The notes below the pieces were generated by a model. It was not told the origin of the DNA and did not search any database. It worked only from the letters and a program-made list of their open reading frames with translations. A stretch of DNA of 32,000 nucleotides from Mycoplasmoides genitalium G37 (lineage in GTDB: Bacteria; Bacillota_I; Bacilli_A; Mycoplasmatales; Mycoplasmoidaceae): positions 210,001 to 242,000 of the forward strand of contig NC_000908.2 of the NCBI RefSeq assembly GCF_000027325.1. Direction: 5' to 3'. This document shows, piece by piece, positions 22,009 to 30,322 of this stretch (the first letter of the stretch is position 1; every line of letters begins with the position of its first letter). The translations under genes were made by a program, and so were the position numbers.

Positions 22009-23034
22009 ATGATTGATCAAAACAAGTTAATTACTAAGTGAAAAAAAGCATTTGCAAAAGCTAAGAATTTAACTACTTTAGTTAATCTTAAGAACACTTT
22101 ACACAACAGTGATTTAAAGCCATTACTCCAAAAGATTAAAACCGCTACAAAACTAAGTGAAAAAAGTAGTTTAGGTAAGCTTTATCAATCACTTGATATT
22201 CAACTAACTGATCTGTTAACTAGTTACAAAAAAACCTTTGAAATAAATAACCAAGTTAGTCAAAAACCTTCACTTGATGTGATGCTACCAGCAACAGAGT
22301 TTACCAATGGTTCTAATAACGCACTATATCAGGTTATTGATAATTTAGTTGAATACTTTAAAAGCTTTTTATTCACAATTAATTTTGATAGTGAACTGAC
22401 CAGTATTAGTGACTGTTTTGATCTTTTAAATATCCCTAAAGATCATTCCAGTAGGAATGAATCTGATTCTTTTTATATCGATAAAACCAGTTTATTGAGA
22501 ACCCATTGTACTGCTACCACGCTAAAAGCAGTCAGAACTTCTAAAAAAACTAATAATCCTGATATCAGGGTTGTCTCTTTAGGAGCGGTTTTTCGTAATG
22601 ATAGTGATGATGCCACCCACTCCCATCAGTTTACCCAACTTGATTTTATGTGGATTAAAAAAGGGCTTTCATTAGCTAATTTAAAGTGGTTTATTAACAA
22701 TATGATCACCCATTTCTTTGGGGAAAATACTTTTACTAGGTTTAGACTATCCCACTTCCCATTCACTGAACCCTCGTTTGAAATTGACATTAGGTGTTGG
22801 TTATGTCAAAATGGTTGTTCTATTTGTAAGCAAACCAAGTGAATTGAGATCTTAGGGGCGGGGATCATCCATCCCCAGGTGATGAATAACATGGGAATTG
22901 GGGATACTGAAAATATTACTGGGATAGCAGCAGGAATTGGGATTGAACGCTTAGCAATGTTAAAGTATGGGATTGATGATATCCGTGATTTTTATGATAA
23001 CAACTTTAAGTTTTTAACCCAGTTTACTGACTAA
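22009..23034 (+). CDS. pheS: Phenylalanyl-tRNA synthetase alpha subunit (341 aa)
   Basis: ATG 22009. Frame 1 runs through TGAs (22039-22041, 22840-22842) to TAA 23032-23034. Class II aaRS core is visible ([41 protein letters not shown]). Confidence 0.95.
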
Positions 23035-23037
23035 AAT

Positions 23038-25458
23038 ATGTTGATATCAAAAAAAACACTTGGCGTTTTAATCCCTGACATCTTTAGTTTTTCTAATGAT
23101 CAAATTGCCCAAAAGTTAGAACAAATGGGGATTGAAGTGGAATCAATTAAGCAGTTTAACAGCCCTGATTACCTCCAACTTGCAAAGGTTGTATCAATCC
23201 AACCCCATCCCCATGACAACAAGCTTTTTATCTGTGAATTACAAATTGATAAAAACAAGTTTATTAATGTTGTTTCCAATGCTAATAACATTAACAATCC
23301 TGATAATATCAACAAGTTTGTCATTGTTGCAAAAAAAGGAACTGAGTTACTCAACGGGTTAATTGTTAAAACCCAAAATATTAAAGGGATCATTTCAGAA
23401 GGGATTTTATGTAGCTATATTGACATTAACCCCTTCAGTAGACAGATCATTGAAAAAACAGAAGTTGCTGATGCGATTATCATTGATCATGTTAGCAATG
23501 ATCATGACTGAAACCAATACCTCTCGTTTTTAAGTTTGGATGATGTGATCTTTGATGTTAAAACCCCAACTAACAGAGCAGATCTTCATAGCTTAATCTT
23601 TTTAGCAAAAGAACTTGGGGTACTTTTGAAAACCAAAACCTTTTTAAAACAAAAAAGTAGTGTTGTTAACCATGACTTTTTTAAGTTTCCCCTAAATTTA
23701 AAAAACAAGTTAAAAGCGAATTATTTTGGCGGTTTGTTCTTAAGACAAATTAACCAACATAGTTCACCTTGAACAGTTAAAGGACTGTTAATTAACCAAA
23801 TGATCAAACCAGTTAACTATTATGTTGATAAAGCTAACTTAGTAACAGTGTTCACCGCTCAGCCAATCCATTGTCATGATGCAGATAGAATTGTTGGTAA
23901 CATTGAACTTAAACAAGCAACCCATAATGAAACTTTTGTTGGACTTGATGACAAGCAATATGAGATTGAACCAGGGGATATTGTTGTTTGTGATGAGAAG
24001 GGCATTATTGCACTGGTAGGGATCATTGGTTCAAAGCGCACAATGGTCCAACCTACAACAACTAACATCTTTTTTGAAGTTGTTAACTGTAACAGTGAAA
24101 CCATTAAACAAACTGCCAAGCGCTTTTTGATCAATAACTTTGCCAGTAAGTTTATGGTTAAACCGATTAGCTTATTAGCTACTGATAACTGTTTAAACTA
24201 CTTACAAAACAGTTTACTAACCACTGATAACATTGGCAAAATTAGCCACTTTTCAAGTTCGCTTAAAGTTGAACCATTTAGTAAAAAGCTCACAGTGAAT
24301 TTCCATAAGATACGCCAACTAATTGGCATTGAAAAAAAGGAACTAACTGATCAAACCATTAAAAAAAGCCTCAGTCAACTAGGGTTTAAAGTTGACAACC
24401 AACTTCTCAAAATCCCCAGTTACAGACAAGACATTAATACCTGACAAGACATTAGTGAAGAGATTGTGAAGTTAATTGATATCAATAAGTTAAAACCAAT
24501 TGGGATCACTAGTAGTTTTAACTTTGAAAAGTCCAGTTACTTTAACACTTTTAATGCTTTAACAAAACTAAGAAAAAAGCTACAAACACTTGGTTTTCAC
24601 AACGTTATTACCTACCAGTTAACTGATCAAAAAAGTGCAAAAACTTTTAATTTGTTTAACTTAGAAAATTTCATCACCATTAAAAACCCAGTGTCCCAAA
24701 ACCATTCTGTAATGCGTGTTAGCTTAATTGATTCACTGTTAAAAGTGCTAAAAACCAATAACAACTATAAGAATGAACTGGTGAACATCTTTGAGTTTTC
24801 CTTTATTAAAACCCAAAACAATAGTGAACTGCACCTGGCAGTATTATGAGTTGAAAAACTGTTTACTTCTAGTTTCAATCCTATGCAAGGGATAAGCAAT
24901 GATGTTTTTACTATGAAGGGATTAGCAAAACTCATTGTTGCTAACTTAGGGTTTAGTTGTGACTTTGAACCACTTGATGATAGTGACTATTTTGTTAATA
25001 ATCAAAGTTTAAAAATAGTAGTTTTTAACGAACAGATCGGTTTTATTGGGCTAATTAAAGAATCATTGTTAAATAACTATGATCTGAACAATAAACCCAT
25101 TTATTGTCTTGAAATCAACTTAGATAGGATGCTCTCTTCTCTAAACAGGATTGAAAAAAACTACCTTGGTTACAGTAAACTACAACCTGTTTGCAAGGAT
25201 CTTACCTTTAGTTTTACCAACCCTGCTAGTCACTTTGATCAGTTTGCTAACATGATCAAAAGGATAACTGGCATTGAAAGTTGAAAGTTAATTAGTGTCT
25301 TTGAAACTATGCAAAACAACCAACTGATCACTAAGTACACCGTTCGTTATTTTCTGAAAAATGATGCTAACAAACCACTAACTAACCAAACAATTGAACT
25401 TATCACTAATAACTTAAAACTCCAGTGTGAAAAACTAAAAATTAAATTAGATATTTAG
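23038..25458 (+). CDS. pheT: Phenylalanyl-tRNA synthetase beta subunit (806 aa)
   Basis: ATG 23038, 3 nt after the pheS stop. Five ORF-track pieces all lie in frame 1 and are joined by TGA, ending at TAG 25456-25458. N-terminal tRNA-binding (OB) domain sequence AKVVSIQPHPHDNKLFICELQ. Confidence 0.95.
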
Positions 25459-25516
25459 AATTACTTATTACTATCAAGATAGTTACCAACTATTTTGTTA
25501 GTAAAACTTAATACAA

Positions 25517-26062
25517 TTGGCACAAAACGCAAAACACCCTTCTAAAAAAGAACAAAAACCACTCGTTAATGAACAGATTGCTTTCAATCAGTTCACTTTA
25601 ATTGATGAAAACAGTACTAATTTAGGGATAGTTAAGATGGAAAACGCTTTAAAGTTAGCACAAGAAAAACAGTTAGATCTAGTTCTAATTGCTCCAAACC
25701 CAACCAAACCGATCGTTAAGTTGTTGGACTTTGGCAGATATACCTATGATTTAAAGCGTAAGAAAAGACAAGCCAAGAAAAACCAAACAATCATCCAAAC
25801 CAAAGAAGTTGTTGTCAAACCAACGATTGCTAAACATGATTTAGAATTTAGAGCAAAACAGAGTAAGAATTGGATAGAAAAAGGTCATCATGTCAAGTTT
25901 ATAGTCCGTGCCTTTGGCAGGGTTAGCACCAGGATAGAGTTAATTGAAAAGGTGTTTGATGACTTTTACCAGTTAGTTAAAGATGTAGTTGAGATCCAAA
26001 AACCTTTAACCGCTTCTTCCAAAACGATGTACGCTGCTCTATTAGTACCTTTAAAAAGATAG
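25517..26062 (+). CDS. infC: Translation initiation factor IF-3
   Basis: IF-3 N- and C-domain sequence ([23 protein letters not shown]...[23 protein letters not shown]...[16 protein letters not shown]). There is no in-frame ATG before residue ~41. The start must be TTG 25517 or ATA 25511, both after the in-frame TAA 25502-25504. Confidence 0.9.
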   Translation: MAQNAKHPSKKEQKPLVNEQIAFNQFTLIDENSTNLGIVKMENALKLAQEKQLDLVLIAPNPTKPIVKLLDFGRYTYDLKRKKRQAKKNQTIIQTKEVVVKPTIAKHDLEFRAKQSKNWIEKGHHVKFIVRAFGRVSTRIELIEKVFDDFYQLVKDVVEIQKPLTASSKTMYAALLVPLKR

Positions 26063-26064
26063 TT

Positions 26065-26244
26065 ATGAAAACCAAAAGTGCTGCAGTAAAACGCTTTAAA
26101 CTCACCAAATCAGGACAAATTAAGCGCAAACACGCTTATACTTCCCACCTCGCGCCCCACAAATCAACCAAACAAAAGCGCCATTTGCGCAAGCAAGCTA
26201 CTGTGAGCAACAGTGAATTGAAAAGAATTGGTATTTTAATTTAG
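26065..26244 (+). CDS. rpmI: Ribosomal protein L35 (59 aa)
   Basis: Hand-translated because it is below the ORF-track size cutoff: [59 protein letters not shown]. It lies 2 nt after the infC stop, in the canonical infC-rpmI-rplT order. Confidence 0.9.
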   Translation: MKTKSAAVKRFKLTKSGQIKRKHAYTSHLAPHKSTKQKRHLRKQATVSNSELKRIGILI

Positions 26245-26246
26245 TT

Positions 26247-26621
26247 ATGCGTGTTAAGGGAACAAATACAACCAGGATTAGAAGAAAAAAATGGTTAAAA
26301 CAAGCTAGTGGTAGCTTTGGGACAAGAAAAGCTTCTTTTAAGGCAGCTAAACAAACTGTTATCCAAGCAAGCAAGTATGCTTACCGTGATAGGAGACAGA
26401 AAAAACGTGAGTTTCGTTCGTTGTGGATCTTAAGGTTAAATGCTGCACTGCGTGCACAAGGGATGACTTATTCAGTGTTTATCAATGAATTGAAAAAAGC
26501 CAAGATAGTCATTAACAGAAAGGTACTTTCTGAACTAGCAATTAAAGAACCTAATAAGTTAAATCTGATTATCAATACCATCAAAAAACCAACTAATAAA
26601 CCAACTGTTGCAAAAACTTAG
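26247..26621 (+). CDS. rplT: Ribosomal protein L20
   Basis: [25 protein letters not shown]...[24 protein letters not shown] is a typical L20 sequence. ATG lies 2 nt after the rpmI stop. Confidence 0.95.
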
Positions 26622-27300
26622 TAACGTTTTTAAAGTTAAGTTTTGCCACCTGTTTAAACTGTTCAATTTGACTAAAACCGCGTTGTTGGTTAAGAAATAA
26701 CAACGCTTGTTCAATGCCATGACTACTGCCTTTGGGTAAATCATAGTTTACCTTTTGGTTGAGTAATTGCAGCTGATTAATAAAGCTATCTCTTGCTAAG
26801 ATAGATGCAGCTGCAATCACCAGTGACTTAGTTTCACCATTAATTAGAAACTGATCAGGTAATAACACTGTTTTATCAGTGAAATTAGTTAGCTTATTTA
26901 GATAGTTAACAAATAACTCTTGATTGGCAAACTGGTCAATGCTAATTGTTACTGTTTGTCTTAATAACTGATTTTTTTCCAGTAACTTTTGGTAAAGCTG
27001 ACAGTGTAAATTGGTCAAAAGTAAATTGGTATTTTTCAGTGATTTTGTCAAATCATTATACTGCTTGGGATCTAATGTAATTGTATGGTGATCCATTACT
27101 GTTGTTTGGATCGATTTAGCTAACAGTTTGACAGTGTGATCACTGAGTTTTTTTGAATCAGTTACTTGTAAATTTTCAAGATTAATAAGCTGTTTTTTTT
27201 CAATTAAAACAGCACTAACACAAATCCCACCAAAACTATCACCCTTGCCAGATTCATCACTGCCAATTAAATAAAAATCAGCTGGTTTGTAATGTTGCAA
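26593..27300 (-). CDS. rnhC: Type 2 RNase H, RNase HIII-like catalytic domain (MG199-like, 235 aa)
   Basis: N-terminal [16 protein letters not shown] (the HIII-style G-K-G-D motif rather than the HII G-R-G motif), TDSKKLS, and C-terminal [15 protein letters not shown] start at 27300 sits immediately after an in-frame TAG. TAG stop at 26593-26595. Confidence 0.8.
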
Positions 27301-27346
27301 CTATCTAGTTAATTAATAAAATTATACTTACTCTGATTGATTCTTA

Positions 27347-29152
27347 ATGGCTGAACAGAAACGTGATTATTATGAAGTGTTAGGAATAACCCCTGATGCT
27401 GATCAATCAGAGATTAAAAAAGCCTTTCGTAAGCTGGCTAAAAAGTACCATCCTGATCGTAACAACGCGCCTGATGCTGCTAAGATTTTTGCTGAAATTA
27501 ATGAAGCAAATGATGTTTTATCAAACCCCAAAAAAAGAGCTAACTATGATAAGTATGGTTTTGATGGGGTTGATGGTGAACCTGCTTTTAACTTCCAAGC
27601 AGATGTTTTTCAATCCTTTTTTGAAGAGATAGCAAAATCAGGGGTTTTTAACAACCAAACCAATCCTGAACAAAAAGAAAAAAAGAAACGTTACCACTGG
27701 TTCTCCAAAAAACCTAAGCAAGAACAACCTGAAATTAACTTAGATCACGTTGTTGAGCAAACCATTAAAAAGGTGCAACAAAACCAAAACCAAAACAAAG
27801 ACCCAGATGAATTACGTTCTAAGGTCCCTGGAGAGGTTACTGCTAGTGATTGGGAAGCATTGGTTGGTGATACTAGGTATGGGTATTTTGATGAAACAGG
27901 GGATTGGAGTTGAAAGGGTTACTTTGATGAACAGGGCAAATGGGTTTGAAACGAACCAGTTGATTCTGAAACCAGTGAGGTATCAGTTGAACCTGAACCA
28001 ACCCCAGTTGCCCCTGAAGCTAGTTTTGAAGAAGCTCAACCTGAAATTAATGCTGAACCAGAAGCTAGTTTTGAATCAACTCCAACTCCAGAACCAGTTG
28101 CCCCAGAAGCTAGTTTTGAAGAAGCTCAACCTGAACCAACTCCAATTCCTGAACCAATCCCAACCCCAGTTCAAGTTCAACCCCTGTTGTTAGATCTCAA
28201 CCTCTTTACTATCCCAACTAAAGCTACTAAGGATGATCTTTTGTTTGACAACATTAACCTCACTACCTATGAACAAGTTGTTGATTATCTCAACAGTCAA
28301 GCAACCCCTAATTTAGCTAAAACCGATGGTGAATTGCAAACGATTGATGGTACCAACCCATTGTTATTAGAACAGTGCAAAAAGATCAAAAAACAAGCAG
28401 AACAACTCTTTAAAAAACTCTTTTTAAAAAAACAACTCCCCTTCATCACCCAACCTGAAGTTGTTGAGGAAAGTAAAACCAGTTTTGATGAGAACAACGT
28501 TAACCTTGTTTACTTTGAAAAGGTCCCTGAAATCCTTTTCATTAACCAACAACCTAAGGAGGTAAAATACACCCGTCAAGTCTTTGATGGGTTGACAAAC
28601 AAAACAACTAGTGAAACGATTACACTAGAGATCCAACTCCTCCAAACCCCAAAAGAGACTGTTAGTGCCATTTTTAAAGGCTTTGGTAATGACCATGGCA
28701 AGGGCTGTGGGGATTTAAAGATTGTTTTTGAAAAGATTAAAAGCCCCTTTTTTCAAGTCAATGAGGATGGCTTGCACTCTGCTTGCATCATTGACCCTTT
28801 AGTTGCTTACAACGGCGGGATTATCGATGTGTTTGGGCCCTACACTAACTTCCAAGTTAAGGTAGATGGGGAGATAGACATCAATGCCATTATGAAGTTT
28901 GAAAAACTAGGCATTGCTAAAACCAAGCGCAAGGGCGATCTTTTTGTCCATCTCTATTACAGTAGTGTCCCTAAAAAGAAACTCACCACTAACCCCCAAG
29001 TTCAACAGTTCTTAGAACTTTTACAAGCTGAATATGAACTGTTGCAAGACAACATCAAGAGCTTAAAGTACTTTAAAAATAACCTAGTTATCCCCAAAAA
29101 GCCACTTGATCAACAAAGCTATCAATACCTCTCCCAAGAACCCATTAGTTAG
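27347..29152 (+). CDS. DnaJ-like J-domain protein with EAGR box and acidic Pro-rich region (MG200, gliding-motility associated, 601 aa)
   Basis: J domain DYYEVLGI...[16 protein letters not shown]. Frame 2 continues through TGAs at 27911-27913 and about 27947-27949, linking 27347..27913 to 28187..29152. Aromatic/Gly-rich segment [35 protein letters not shown]. Followed by PE/ASFEE repeats. Confidence 0.9.
28004..28135 (+). repeat. 90-bp-period direct repeat inside MG200 (42-nt units encoding [14 protein letters not shown])
   Basis: 28004-28045 and 28094-28135 differ at one position by eye. A half copy (CCAGAAGCTAGTTTTGAATCAACTCC) lies at 28058-28083. Confidence 0.85.
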
Positions 29153-29163
29153 AATTTGTTAAT

Positions 29164-29817
29164 ATGTGTGAAAAATCACAAACAATTAAAGAGCTTTTAA
29201 ACGCCATTAGAACCTTAGTTGTCAAGAACAATAAAGCTAAGGTTAGTATGATTGAAAAGGAACTGTTAGCTTTTGTTAGTGAACTTGACAAAAAGTTCAA
29301 ACAACAACTCAACAACTTCAATGAACTACAACAAAAGATCCCACTACTCCAAAAAGCTAACGAAGAGTTTGCTTTAAAGTTTGAAAGGATGCAACGCGAA
29401 GCACAAAACCAGATCCAAGCCAAACTAGATGAGTTGAATCTTAAAAATAAAAAGGAGTTAGAACAAGCCAAGAAATATGCGATTGCCAAAACCCTTGACC
29501 AACCCTTAAACATCATCGATCAGTTTGAAATCGCGCTTTCATATGCCCAAAAAGACCCTCAAGTAAAAAACTATACCACTGGTTTTACCATGGTACTTGA
29601 TGCTTTTTCAAGGTGATTGGAAGCAAATGGGGTTACCAAGATTAAGATTGAACCAGGGATGGAATTTGATGAAAAGATTATGTCTGCATTGGAACTAGTT
29701 GATTCTAACCTTGCTAAAAACAAGGTAGTAAGAGTCTCAAAATCTGGCTATAAACTCTATGACAAAGTGATCCGCTTTGCATCAGTATTTGTCAGCAAAG
29801 GTAATAAAAAATCATAA
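29164..29817 (+). CDS. grpE: Nucleotide exchange factor GrpE (217 aa)
   Basis: ORF-track 29164..29616 and 29617..29817 share frame 1 and are joined at TGA 29614-29616. The C-terminal pattern GVTKIKIEPGMEFDEKIMSALELV...GYKLYDKVIRFASVFVSK is typical of GrpE. Confidence 0.9.
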
Positions 29818-29826
29818 TAACAACTT

Positions 29827-30195
29827 ATGAGTGAACAAAAAAGAAGAACAATCCAAATTGCGATAAGTGAAGACCACTATGAAGAGTTACAAAAGGCATT
29901 GGAACTACTTAAAGGGACCCAATTACCCTTTTCAACCACTGTTGAACAGTTTGTGGAGTTAATCTTATCTAACTATGTAGCTACTTCCAATAAGATTAGT
30001 AGTTTAGCTAAGAGTGGTTTTGATGTAGCTTCATTGCAGCAAGAACTTGAGAAGATAGGTAACCTTAGTGGGGTTGATGATAACCTCAAGGGTTTTCTCT
30101 CAGAACTGTTGAAAACCTCAAGGAATGGGTTTAGTAACCCCAATAAAGATGGCAAAAAAAATGATGACGATAATAACTCGTCATCAAAATCATAG
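29827..30195 (+). CDS. Conserved hypothetical protein (MG202-like, 122 aa); N-terminus resembles a ribbon-helix-helix fold
   Basis: Intact ATG-to-TAG ORF 9 nt after grpE. Sequence KRRTIQIAISEDHYEELQKALELLKG..STTVEQFVELILSNYV, with an acidic/Lys-rich low-complexity tail. Confidence 0.7.
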   Translation: MSEQKRRTIQIAISEDHYEELQKALELLKGTQLPFSTTVEQFVELILSNYVATSNKISSLAKSGFDVASLQQELEKIGNLSGVDDNLKGFLSELLKTSRNGFSNPNKDGKKNDDDNNSSSKS

Positions 30196-30211
30196 TTATA
30201 TAAAACTTTAA

Positions 30212-30285
30212 GTGGTGCCGAATAACAGAGTCGAACTGTTCTCTGATCCTTACCATGGATCTGTTTTGCCCCTAAACCAATTCGG
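30212..30285 (-). tRNA. tRNA-Thr (anticodon GGT), CCA encoded
   Basis: Reverse complement folds by hand into a cloverleaf: acceptor GCCGAAT/ATTCGGC, D stem GTTT/AAAC, anticodon stem GATCC/GGATC with loop AT-GGT-AA, T arm AACAG-TTCGACT-CTGTT, then ACCA. Length 74 nt. Confidence 0.9.
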
Positions 30286-30322
30286 CAGCAAAGCTAATTT
30301 CAATTTTAAATTCAAACTTTAG

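Noticed and set aside
25476-25496. A/T-rich 9-bp hairpin after pheT as a firm terminator call
   Set aside because: The stem is almost entirely A-T with a 3-nt loop, and its T-run is consumed by the stem. It is too weak to annotate as a terminator and is mentioned only in the infC finding.
26559-26744. Minus-strand 61-aa ORF overlapping the rplT/rnhC junction
   Set aside because: It lies in a different frame within the rnhC 3' region and the rplT end, and both real genes already account for this DNA.
27396-28193. Alternative-frame plus-strand ORFs nested in real genes (27396..27632 and 27750..28193 in MG200; 7044..7277 in the ATPase; 23132..23362 in pheT; 2270..2530 in the lipoprotein; 12600..12845 in mgpB)
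   Set aside because: They overlap well-supported frames, have low-complexity composition, and have no independent start context.
27301-29163. CIRCE heat-shock operator (TTAGCACTC-N9-GAGTGCTAA) upstream of MG200 or grpE
   Set aside because: I scanned 27301-27346 and 29153-29163 by eye and found nothing resembling either half-site.
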